In this document: piece by piece, positions 27,423-36,441 of the stretch
How positions within the stretch are numbered: position 1 is the stretch's first letter
Layout of the letters: each line of letters starts with the position of its first letter
From: Actinomycetota bacterium
GTDB lineage: Bacteria; Actinomycetota; Geothermincolia; Geothermincolales; RBG-13-55-18
Direction: 5' to 3'
Assembly: GCA_014360655.1 (NCBI GenBank)
Contig: JACIXC010000001.1
Location: 228,715-292,714 of the forward strand
DNA length: 64,000 nt
Position numbers and translations under genes: made by a program
Notes under the pieces: generated by a model
The model's input: the letters and a program-made list of their open reading frames with translations, nothing else
Database searches by the model: none
What the model was told of the DNA's origin: nothing

Positions 27423-27895
27423 CGGGTTGGACATGGGGGTCGGACATGGGATGCCCTCCTCCGGCGCAGAGCAACGGCTCGCACGGCGGGGCGGCCGGTA
27501 AGGCGCCTTTCATCACGCGTCCACCGCGAAGGCCGCTCGCGCCTGGCTCGGAGGAGCCGCGTATGCCCCACCGGAGGATCCGGGACAGGCCCCATCCGGT
27601 GACGCGATATCCCCTTTTCCTGAGGAGCGCGGCCGGCGTCCGTTCAATGATTGCGACCCCGTGGCCGAATTATTTATGGTTGAGCGGGGAGGATGCCGAC
27701 TCTCCCGCAAAGGCGGGGGGTGGGCGGGGAACCCGGGGCGCCCGCAAGGGAAACCGGAAGCATCGGCCCGCGTGCATGATGGTCAAGGTGTTCGAAGGCT
27801 GCGTCTCGCCGCCGGGCGTGACCCGAAAAGGCGGCAAGCCCGGCGAGAAGTGAGCGTGAGGCCGGGAAGGCGGCGTGGAAGGAACACGAGGGATA

Positions 27896-30556
27896 ATGGA
27901 AGGGAACCTATTTCCGCGGGACCGGCACCCGGCCTTAAGTCGCGGAAAACGTGAATGCCTCTGGGTTTTCCTGCTCTTCCTGGCCGTCACTTTCGCGTTC
28001 TTCTGGCCGGCTCCCCTTCACCTGGCGACCCGGATCATCGGAGACAGGTACGACGCCTTCCTGAACTGCCATATCGTGGCCAGGGTCGCGAGTGCCCTGC
28101 CCTTCCGCCCCGGGAGCATGTACCAGCTCGGCTTCTTCTTCCCGGCGAGAGATGTCCTCACTTATTCGGAGCACCTCATCACCCTGGGCCTTCTCGCCCT
28201 TCCCGCGTACAGGACGACCGGCAACATCGTGCTCTCCTATAACCTGCTCTTCCTCTCCGGCTTTTTCTTCTCCGCCCTCACCTGCTACGCGCTGGTCAAG
28301 TACCTGACGGGCAGCCGCCTGGGAGGAGTCGCGGCCGGGCTCTTTTACGCCTTCTGCCCCTACCGCTTCGCCCAGCTCGGTCATATCCAGATCATCTTCT
28401 CGCCTTTCCTGCCGCTCATACCCCTCTACCTCTTCAAGTACATGGAGACGGGCAGGCGAAGGGACCTGGCGTTCTTCGCGCTCTCTTTCCTGGCGCAATC
28501 CCTGGTGGGATGGCACCACGCCGTCTTCTGCGTGCTAGTCTTCGCGCTTTTCTGGCTCTGGCACGCCGCCTTTTCGAAGGGAGGGGGAAAATGGCGGCGC
28601 CTTTCCGCGCTCCTGGTCTCCTTCCTGCTCATGCTGGCGGTCCTTTCCGCCGTCGCCGTTCCCTACCTGCAGACCAGGAATCGCCTTCCCGACTTCAACC
28701 GGCCCCTCGAGGAGACGGTTTCCTTCTCCCTGCAAGCGGCGGATCTCGCAAGGGTCAAGGATTACAATCTCCTGTACGGCAGGCTGCTGCCGCTGGCGGC
28801 CGATGCCTTGACGAGCGATGAGCACATCCTCTTCCCGGGGCTGGTGGTCCCCCTGCTCGCACTCTTCATACTGACGCGCCTTATCGCGCAATGCCTCAGG
28901 CGTGGCGGGGAAGATCCCGCCGCCAACGGGACCGGCACGGGGTGCGGCGGCCCCCCTTCCCCCGTTTCCCACGGGCGCGGCGGGGAAGGCGCCGCCGCAG
29001 CCACGCGCACGGCCGCGGACCGCAGGGTGCCTTTTTTCGCCGTGCTCTTAATCCTGTGCTTGGTCTACATGGCGGGACCCAAGCCCGGCGGCATTACCAA
29101 CCCCGTTTACTGGCTGAGCTTTCTCGGCAACCGCCTCAGTTTCATCAGGGTACCCACGCGTTTCTTCGTGCCCGCCTCGCTGTGCCTCGCGGTGCTCGCC
29201 GCATACGGGATCTCCCATCTCGCCGGCCATGCCGGGTGGGCTTCCGGGGGATCGCTTGCAAGGCGGGCGTTTCCTGCCCTCCTCGTCCTCCTCCTGCTCT
29301 TCGAGGTGGCCTCCTTCCGCGTCCCGCTCTTCGCCGCGCCACGTAAAGACGATCTTCCGCCCGTATACGAACGGCTGCGGGAGGAAGAGGAGGCGACCAT
29401 CATGGAGCTCCCCGCGGCAGACCTTTTCGACATTCTCTACATCAGCAACCGCCGCATATACTTCGTGCCCGTCAATCCCGTGAAGGGATACGTGGAACGC
29501 GAGTGCACTTCCCTGTTCCTCTCCATCCTGCACGGCAAGAGGACGGTCAACGGGTACAGCGGCTACTTTCCTTACCAGTACAACACGGCCTATATCGAGG
29601 CGAAGGGTTTTCCATCCGCAAGATCGGTGCGTCTCCTGGCATCCATGGGAGTGGACTACGTGGTGTGGCACTGGGAATGGGTGGAGCCCGAGAGGCGCCA
29701 GGAATACGAGGAGCGCCTCTCCTCCACCCCGGGCATCGAGTGGGCCGGGGATTTCGGGATGCAGGGGCTTTTCCGGCTGCTGCCCCAGGAAACGGCGGAA
29801 ATCGCCGACGTCGAGTTGCAGCTGGTCGCCCCCTCAGTGGCCCCGGAAAGGGAGGAACTCAACCTCGGGCTCATCGCCAGCAACACCTCCGCCCTGCCTT
29901 TCATGGCCAACGTCGAGGAGTGGCAGGACTTCGACGCGGTATTCTCGGATGGAAGTAACTGCTATTCCCTGCGCGGCAGGTACCGCCTTCCGCTTTACAT
30001 GGACGGCGGCGAAAGCGTCTCCATACCCCTCACGCTGGAAAGCACGCCCCCCTCCGGGGATTACAGCCTGGGGATCACGCTTACCGGGGGCGCATTCTCC
30101 GGCCGCGCCCTCTCCTCCTCGATCTCCCTCCGCCCCGCGAGCGACTTGACGGGTTCGGGAATCATAGCCGGGAATATCACTCTTTCCGGCGAAGCGTCCT
30201 TGACCATCCCTTCACCGGGAGGCCTCTACCCCCTCGTCCTCCAAGCGGAAAACACCGGAGGCATTTTCTGGAAAGCGGCCTGGGAAGACGAGAAGGCGCA
30301 GGAATATCCCTACGGACTCGTTTTCCTGGGGACGAACTGGTCCGGGGAGGATAACTGGAGATATAGCGGCCATATGCCCTTCCTGCCCTGTGATCTCTCC
30401 CCGGGCCAATCCGCCAGCGTGCCCATGGTATTGAGGGTACCGGACGCAGCCGGCGTCTACCGGCTGAACCTCGCCCTCTTCGACTTCAGGTACGGCATGG
30501 TAAGCGAACCACTAAGCCTGGAATTGAGAGTGGGGGAAGGCGCATATGCGAAGTGA
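27896..30556 (+). CDS. Large polytopic membrane protein, GT-C/YfhO-like, with C-terminal Ig-like domains (paralogue 1)
   Basis: GDRYDA luminal loop, FFPARDVLTYSEH, YNLL, FAFCPYRF, RVPTRF, TVNGYSGYFP and C-terminal NTG..W...PCDLSPGQ. Confidence 0.78.
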   Translation: MEGNLFPRDRHPALSRGKRECLWVFLLFLAVTFAFFWPAPLHLATRIIGDRYDAFLNCHIVARVASALPFRPGSMYQLGFFFPARDVLTYSEHLITLGLLALPAYRTTGNIVLSYNLLFLSGFFFSALTCYALVKYLTGSRLGGVAAGLFYAFCPYRFAQLGHIQIIFSPFLPLIPLYLFKYMETGRRRDLAFFALSFLAQSLVGWHHAVFCVLVFALFWLWHAAFSKGGGKWRRLSALLVSFLLMLAVLSAVAVPYLQTRNRLPDFNRPLEETVSFSLQAADLARVKDYNLLYGRLLPLAADALTSDEHILFPGLVVPLLALFILTRLIAQCLRRGGEDPAANGTGTGCGGPPSPVSHGRGGEGAAAATRTAADRRVPFFAVLLILCLVYMAGPKPGGITNPVYWLSFLGNRLSFIRVPTRFFVPASLCLAVLAAYGISHLAGHAGWASGGSLARRAFPALLVLLLLFEVASFRVPLFAAPRKDDLPPVYERLREEEEATIMELPAADLFDILYISNRRIYFVPVNPVKGYVERECTSLFLSILHGKRTVNGYSGYFPYQYNTAYIEAKGFPSARSVRLLASMGVDYVVWHWEWVEPERRQEYEERLSSTPGIEWAGDFGMQGLFRLLPQETAEIADVELQLVAPSVAPEREELNLGLIASNTSALPFMANVEEWQDFDAVFSDGSNCYSLRGRYRLPLYMDGGESVSIPLTLESTPPSGDYSLGITLTGGAFSGRALSSSISLRPASDLTGSGIIAGNITLSGEASLTIPSPGGLYPLVLQAENTGGIFWKAAWEDEKAQEYPYGLVFLGTNWSGEDNWRYSGHMPFLPCDLSPGQSASVPMVLRVPDAAGVYRLNLALFDFRYGMVSEPLSLELRVGEGAYAK

Positions 30557-30706
30557 CGGCCGCGTTGCTCGCCCTTCCCCTTTTCCGGGGATCGAAAGGA
30601 TGTCGCCCGCGTGCCGATAAGATATTGTTTCGCGCGACGGCGTGGAAAAAGTTAAGGGTTTGAGACGGGAGCTTGTTCTCAAAATGCGAGCGAGCGGGGT
30701 CTGCAT

Positions 30707-33355
30707 ATGAAGTGCACCAAGAAATGCGAATACTTCAGTGTTTTAGTCTTTTTCCTGCTCATCGCGATCATCTTCACCTGGCCTCTTGCCCTCCACGTGC
30801 AGAACTCCTTACCCGGAGATAACGGTATATACGAGGCGACCGGCGAGCTGGGAGGCTACGGTGACGCGCTGCACGCGGCGTGGCTCACCGCCTGGAACGC
30901 CAGGGCCATCTTCACCAGTCCCACCAACTTCTTCCAGGGAAATATCATTTACCCGTCACGCGACGTTAACACCTACTCGGAGCACCTGTTCATCCTCGGC
31001 GTCGCAGGCGCACCCGTTTATTTCGTGAGCCGCAATCCGGTGCTCACCTATAACTTCCTGTTCTTTCTCGCCCTGGTACTCTCCGCTTTCGGAGTCCACC
31101 TCCTGGTCAAGGAGTTGACGGGAAGCCGCTGGGGCGGTCTGGCTGCGGGGCTCTTTTTCTCCTATTGCCCTTTCAGGATGGCCAGGACGGATCATCTCTG
31201 GTTCCTCTTTTCCCTTTTCCTGCCCTTCATGCTCCTCTACCTGTTCCGTTACCTGGAAAAGGGCGAGCGCAAAGACATCGCCCTCTTCGCCCTCTTCTTC
31301 CTCCTGCAGTCCCTCTCAAGCTGGCATTACACCATGTTCTGCGCCATCTCGGCCGGGCTGCTGCTGATCTGGACGGCGGCACTTTCCCGCCGGCGCGAGA
31401 CATGGAAACGACTGACGAAAGCCGCGGCGGCCATGGCCATTATGGGGGTTCTCCTCGTGCCCCTGCTCCTGCCCTACCTGCGGACCCATTCCCGCATGCC
31501 CGGATTTGAGCGTTCCGTTTCGGAGAATATAACATACTCGGTGCACGCCACCGATTTTCTCAGGATACCGCCTCAAAGCGTTCTCTACGGCGGCGCTCCC
31601 GGCCCCTTGCGCTACACGATGGCCTTTCGCGGCGCGGCCCTTTTCCCGGGAATACTGGCGATCGTCTTCATGCTGTCCGGCTTATTCACGCTCCGCAGAA
31701 GGCGGTCCGCAAGCGCGGGCCCGGAAGAAAGCCGCGGGGATTGTCCCGAGCCCATCCTCGAAGCGCCCAAGCCCGGGGCAAATTCGATCAGAGAGAAGCT
31801 CTTGTCCTTGCGATACCGACTCTTTTTCCTTCTCCTCTTCCTGGTAAGCTTCCTGCTGTCCTGGGGACCACGGCTGGGAAAATTGAGCAACCCCTTTTAT
31901 GACCTACCTTACAGGCTCGGCATTCTGCGCTTTACGCGTACTCCCATGCGTATTTATCTCCTGGCCATATTGGGCATCTCCGGGTTGATCGGTTTTGGCA
32001 TCGCCGCCATCGCTGCCGGCTTCTCAAGACGGTTTAAAGACATAAGAAGGGGGAGGATGGCAACGGGGGCCCTGGTGCTGGTCTTCGCTCTCGAGATCGC
32101 CACCTTCAACCTGCCCATATATCGCGTACCCGTATGGGGAGAAGTCCCCGACGTTTACGCGTGGGCGGCGGAGCAGGAGAATATCCGGATGATCGAGCTT
32201 CCCGTCCCACCCTTATCGCCTCGGACTGCTGTCTATAGCGGGTGGGACATGGACTATATAACCGAGGATCCCGTTAAATACACGGAAACCGACGGTCTCG
32301 CCATGTATTACAGCACCTATCACTGGAAATATATAGTAAATGGCCGGAGTTCGTACTTTCCTTATTTTTACCGCCACATATACAATGAAATGGCCTCTTT
32401 CCCATCACAAAGGACCCTGGATCTTCTCTCCGGTCTGGGGGTCGATTACGTCATCTGGCATCGCGACTGGGTAGATGACCGGGAAAGGGGCGCCTATGAC
32501 AATATGTTGCTTTCCTCTCCCGGGCTTTCCGTCGAACGTGATTATGGAAACACCGCCGTCTTGCGCATCAAGCAGGTATGCACCGCCGCCGCCGGGGATA
32601 TCGGGCTCAGCCTGGTGACCCCGGTAACGGCACCTCAGCGGGAACCGTGCAATATGGGATTCATCATGCGCAACGATACCCCACACCCCTTCGTCATGGC
32701 CGTGGAGGAAGCCCAACGGGCCAGGGTCTTGTTCGCCGGAGACGGCGGCATGTTCGAGTTGCATGGCTCTTTTCGCGTGCCGCTGTTCCTGGAACCGGGG
32801 GAAGAGGCCTCCGTCCCCCTGTCCCTCCCTGAATCCCCCCCAGCGGGCACATATGATGTGAGGATAGACCTCGAAGCGGGGGTCTTCGCCCCGCGCACCC
32901 TTGAAGCGGAAATGTCCTTCCGTACCCAGGAGGAGATGGTGGGCGGCGGGGAACTGGATGGGGCGATATCTTTCGCGAAGGGAAACGAGCCCATCCTGTT
33001 ACCGGTACCGAACGCCCTCCAAACCGTCGTGCTCCGCGTCGAGAACACCGGTTCCAACCACTGGCTGGCCTCGTGGGACTACGAACATCCCGAGGAGTAC
33101 CCTTACGCTTTGGTGTACATATGGGCATTCTGGTTCAAGGATGGTCAGCAGACATCGGGTCATGCCATCGGGTTCATTCCGTGTGACCTCTCGCCGGGCC
33201 AGGCGGTTTCATTCCCCGTTACCGTAAGGACCCCGGATACTCCGGGCACGTATAACTTGACCACGGCGCTCTTCGACGCTCAATTAGGCCAGTTCAGCAG
33301 TTCCACCAGCATACGGGTATCGGTGGGCGAGCAATCGGTGGGCGACCAGACATGA
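30707..33355 (+). CDS. Large polytopic membrane protein, GT-C/YfhO-like, with C-terminal Ig-like domains (paralogue 2)
   Basis: Collinear with the upstream gene: YPSRDVNTYSEH, YNFL, YCPFRM, RTPMR, IVNGRSSYFP, EYPYALV and PCDLSPGQ. Confidence 0.78.
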   Translation: MKCTKKCEYFSVLVFFLLIAIIFTWPLALHVQNSLPGDNGIYEATGELGGYGDALHAAWLTAWNARAIFTSPTNFFQGNIIYPSRDVNTYSEHLFILGVAGAPVYFVSRNPVLTYNFLFFLALVLSAFGVHLLVKELTGSRWGGLAAGLFFSYCPFRMARTDHLWFLFSLFLPFMLLYLFRYLEKGERKDIALFALFFLLQSLSSWHYTMFCAISAGLLLIWTAALSRRRETWKRLTKAAAAMAIMGVLLVPLLLPYLRTHSRMPGFERSVSENITYSVHATDFLRIPPQSVLYGGAPGPLRYTMAFRGAALFPGILAIVFMLSGLFTLRRRRSASAGPEESRGDCPEPILEAPKPGANSIREKLLSLRYRLFFLLLFLVSFLLSWGPRLGKLSNPFYDLPYRLGILRFTRTPMRIYLLAILGISGLIGFGIAAIAAGFSRRFKDIRRGRMATGALVLVFALEIATFNLPIYRVPVWGEVPDVYAWAAEQENIRMIELPVPPLSPRTAVYSGWDMDYITEDPVKYTETDGLAMYYSTYHWKYIVNGRSSYFPYFYRHIYNEMASFPSQRTLDLLSGLGVDYVIWHRDWVDDRERGAYDNMLLSSPGLSVERDYGNTAVLRIKQVCTAAAGDIGLSLVTPVTAPQREPCNMGFIMRNDTPHPFVMAVEEAQRARVLFAGDGGMFELHGSFRVPLFLEPGEEASVPLSLPESPPAGTYDVRIDLEAGVFAPRTLEAEMSFRTQEEMVGGGELDGAISFAKGNEPILLPVPNALQTVVLRVENTGSNHWLASWDYEHPEEYPYALVYIWAFWFKDGQQTSGHAIGFIPCDLSPGQAVSFPVTVRTPDTPGTYNLTTALFDAQLGQFSSSTSIRVSVGEQSVGDQT

Positions 33356-33373
33356 GGGGACATGCACGCATCC

Positions 33374-34057
33374 TCATTCCACCATCCAGAGGAGGTTATC
33401 CACCTCGCTCTCCTCTCCCGCCCAGCGCATGAGATAGGCGGCGAGCTGGGTGGCCAGGACCTTCAAATCATCGGTGTTCAGGTAATGGGAGCAGCAGCGG
33501 TCGAAGAGCACGCGGCACTGCGGCGGGAACTCATCGTCTCCCCAGTGGAGCACGAGGAGCAGGGGCACGCGGGGGAAGGCCCTGAACACGAAGGACTCGT
33601 CGCCGTATTCCGCCCTTGCCCCTCCCAGGTGGACGGCCGCCTCTCCCAGCAATCCCCTTGCGTAGCCGAAAATCCTGGCCAGGGGCTCCTCAACGGTGGG
33701 AACGAGGGTGGCGGCGTAGAACCTGCCTCCCGGCAGGTCCCGGTAGGCTATCCACTCCCCCGTCTCCGGCAAGCCGCAGGAAAGCTTCACGTAGCGGAGG
33801 GCCAGCACGCGCAGCGAGAAGCTGTCGATACGGGATGGCACCTTCATCTCGCCCCGGGGCATCGATATCTCCACGGCATCCCCGAAGGAGGGTATGACGA
33901 GGCGTTGTACGCCTTCTCCAAGATCTTCGCAGCGGAAGGCGCCGAGTTCGGCCTGGCGGCACAGGTCGGCGTTCCTGATCTCCTCCAGGGCGCCCTCTAA
34001 TGCCGCCTCCCGGCGCCTTGCGCCGTCATCTACGCCATAAACGTCACCTTCGCTCAT
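33374..34057 (-). CDS. DUF3786 domain-containing protein
   Basis: GEWIAYRDLPGGRFY, FRAFPRVPL, WGDDEFPPQCRVLFD and LNTDD. Confidence 0.88.
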   Translation of the reverse strand: MSEGDVYGVDDGARRREAALEGALEEIRNADLCRQAELGAFRCEDLGEGVQRLVIPSFGDAVEISMPRGEMKVPSRIDSFSLRVLALRYVKLSCGLPETGEWIAYRDLPGGRFYAATLVPTVEEPLARIFGYARGLLGEAAVHLGGARAEYGDESFVFRAFPRVPLLLVLHWGDDEFPPQCRVLFDRCCSHYLNTDDLKVLATQLAAYLMRWAGEESEVDNLLWMVE

Positions 34058-34303
34058 GGCCTTTATATTAGCGCAACGGCGCAAGCGTGGCGCGGCCCGA
34101 AAACGCCCGGCCCGCCGGGGAGGGCCCGCCGCGCGTCTTTCAGGCGCAGCGGGTTTGCCCGGATTGGAGCATGGTCCGCCTCGTTTCCTCCCGTCTGATG
34201 GCGGGGGATCGACGAGGTTGCGATATCGTGCCCGGAGTGAAGTATGGTCCGCCGTATGATCCGCCCTTCGCGAGCGTAAACGCGGGGGCGCAAATGCGTT
34301 GCC

Positions 34304-34412
34304 CCCTCACATCATGCCTTTTTCGCAGGCGCCTGTCTCCGGTGAAGAAAAAAATGGATAACCCTAAGGAGTTACCCTCATATCATGCCTCTTTCGCAGG
34401 TGCCGGTCTCCG
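34304..34412. repeat. Two 38-bp direct repeats (34/38 identical) separated by 33 bp
   Basis: ccctcacatcatgcctttttcgcaggcgcctgtctccg (34304-34341) and ccctcatatcatgcctctttcgcaggtgccggtctccg (34375-34412). Confidence 0.85.
34345..34377 (-). terminator. Putative intrinsic terminator of the small minus-strand ORF
   Basis: The minus strand reads GGGTAACTC-CTTA-GGGTTATCC followed by A and a run of seven T. Confidence 0.55.
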
Positions 34413-34559
34413 CTACGCGTCCGCGTCCCCGCCTTCCTCCCCTACCTCGTCCCCGGCCTCGCGGGGCTCATAGGGGTCTTCGTTCCTCGCCCTGCGGCCG
34501 ATGGCCCGCTTGGAATATCTTCCCCTGCCCTTCCAGAAATCCGGCTCCAGCATCTGCAA
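34413..34559 (-). CDS. Small hypothetical protein, 46-48 aa (not in the ORF track)
   Basis: Translates as (MQ)MLEPDFWKGRGRYSKRAIGRRARNEDPYEPREAGDEVGEEGGDADA. SD GGAGGTGA (GGAGG core 8 nt before TTG), AT-rich promoter patch upstream and terminator downstream. Confidence 0.55.
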   Translation of the reverse strand: MQMLEPDFWKGRGRYSKRAIGRRARNEDPYEPREAGDEVGEEGGDADA

Positions 34560-34974
34560 ACCCTTCACCTCCCGTTATCTTCCGTCATCAAGTCTATAAA
34601 TTATCAACTATCGTATACAATAATATACTATAATTTACGAAATCAACAACTACATCTTCACTTTCTTCGCATCCAGGGGAATGGCATGCCCATTTCGCCG
34701 TTCGTCCCACCTATGCCGTTTGCCGTCGCAATCTTCAGGCCACGCCACCGTAAACGTCACCTCCTACCAACCATCACCGCGGTCACCCCGCTCGATCCAT
34801 CGCCCGCGATACCCCCACCCTTTGCTTGAGATAAGCACTCAGCGTGAGGAACATGACGCCATTTCCCGCACGGCCGCCAAAACCCAACTCCCACATCTCC
34901 ACTTAAAGATAGCGCGAGCCGATGACGAATCTGTAGTTAGCCCGGGAACGGCATCGGAAGAGGGAGGTCCGCAC

Positions 34975-35517
34975 GTGGGTATCTTCCGGCGCGAGATACG
35001 ATTCGAGGTAGATGAAGCCCCTGATGGGAGAATATTCATAGAGGGAACCCTGCGGGATACCCGCCTGGGGGACCCCATCCACGTCATCAAGGTAAGGTCG
35101 GAGGTGGACGCGCTGGAGGGCCGTATCCTCGCGCTCGAGGGGGAGATGCTCCATGTTCCCCACGAGGACTGCCGGCATGCCCTCCAGACCATCGACCGCC
35201 TGGTGGGTGTGCGTATCGTCCCGGGGTTCACCCAGCTGGTGCGGGAAGTGGTGGGATCGCCGGAGGGGTGCTCCCACCTCGCCGTGCTGGTCACCAACCT
35301 GGGCCACGTGAGCGTGCAGGGGAGAGGCGCCCTGGTGGTGCACAAGTTCGGCGGGGACGAGCGGGCAGTGCGCCTCATGCGCGAACAGGCGCTGCAACTG
35401 GGCATCGTGGACAACTGCTATACCTGGCGTAAGGACGGCCCCCTGGTCAAACGTTTGCGGGAGGCGGCGGGAAGAGACGGAGGCGCCGCGGGGGATAGCG
35501 GCGGCGAGCCGGTATGA
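34975..35517 (+). CDS. DUF2889 domain-containing protein
   Basis: IEGTLRD...H...PHEDC...IVPGFT...GCSHL...DNCYTW. SD GGAGG before GTG. Confidence 0.85.
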   Translation: MGIFRREIRFEVDEAPDGRIFIEGTLRDTRLGDPIHVIKVRSEVDALEGRILALEGEMLHVPHEDCRHALQTIDRLVGVRIVPGFTQLVREVVGSPEGCSHLAVLVTNLGHVSVQGRGALVVHKFGGDERAVRLMREQALQLGIVDNCYTWRKDGPLVKRLREAAGRDGGAAGDSGGEPV

Positions 35518-35544
35518 TGAGAAGGAGCGGGTAGGGAGCCGCGC

Positions 35545-36321
35545 ATGCTCGGCAAGATATATTACGGCTTCGTGGTGTTTCTCTTCGGGCTGGCGGTGGG
35601 CAGTTTCGACAACGTGGCCGTCTACCGCGTACCGGAAGGGATACCGCTGTGGTCGCCGCGCTCCTTCTGTCCCCACTGCAGGAACACCATAGCCTGGTAC
35701 GACAACATCCCGCTGCTCAGCTATTTCCTGCTGCGGCGGCGCTGCCGAGGTTGCGGAGAACCCATATCCGCCCGCTACCCCCTGGTGGAATTCGTGAGCG
35801 GGTCGCTCTTTCTCGCCGTCTTCGCACGGCTCGGGTTCGCCTGGCGGGCGGAACTCGTCCCCTACCTGTTCATGGTCACCGTGCTCGTCATCGTCTCCGC
35901 CATCGACCTTGACCGGCAGGTGATCCCCAACAGGATCCTTTACCCCGCCATCCCCGTCGGGCTGGCGGCCATGGGGCTGGTGGCCCTCGCACGCGGGGAT
36001 GCCGGCATGATCCTGCGCAGCCTGGCCGGGCTGGCCATCGGCGGGGTGCCCCTGGGGCTCCTGGCCCTGCTCATCCCGCGCGGGATGGGGATGGGCGACG
36101 CCAAGCTGGCCGCCTTCACCGGCATCTTCCTGGGTTATTACCAGCTGGTCGCCTTCTTCTTCGCCTTCCTGCTGGGTTCGCTCGTCGGCATCGGCCTCAT
36201 GGCCGCGGGCAGGAAGGGGCGCCGCTCCCGCATACCCTTCGGGCCCTTCCTGGCCTGCGGAGCGCTGGCGGCGTTGTTCTGGGGAGAATACCTCTGGAGC
36301 CTGTATACGAGGTTCTTGTGA
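35545..36321 (+). CDS. pilD: Prepilin peptidase (A24A)
   Basis: GSFDNV..YRVP, SFCPHC, WYDNIPLLSY, CRGC..ISARYPLVE, and the catalytic motifs IDL and GMGDAKL, plus IPFGPFL. Confidence 0.96.
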   Translation: MLGKIYYGFVVFLFGLAVGSFDNVAVYRVPEGIPLWSPRSFCPHCRNTIAWYDNIPLLSYFLLRRRCRGCGEPISARYPLVEFVSGSLFLAVFARLGFAWRAELVPYLFMVTVLVIVSAIDLDRQVIPNRILYPAIPVGLAAMGLVALARGDAGMILRSLAGLAIGGVPLGLLALLIPRGMGMGDAKLAAFTGIFLGYYQLVAFFFAFLLGSLVGIGLMAAGRKGRRSRIPFGPFLACGALAALFWGEYLWSLYTRFL

Positions 36322-36441
36322 ACACCGGGCGGCCACGTGCGCTCACGCATCGGGCCGAATATGAACACACATGAAAGGTCACAGGGAAACGGGATTGCGG
36401 CATGGAAATATACTTTGCGATGAACACGGGATCTCAAGCGG

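Noticed and set aside
34304..34412. CRISPR array call
   Set aside because: Only two repeats with 4 mismatches, no typical terminal GAAA(C/G), no cas genes, and the spacer is explained by a terminator. Kept only as a repeat.
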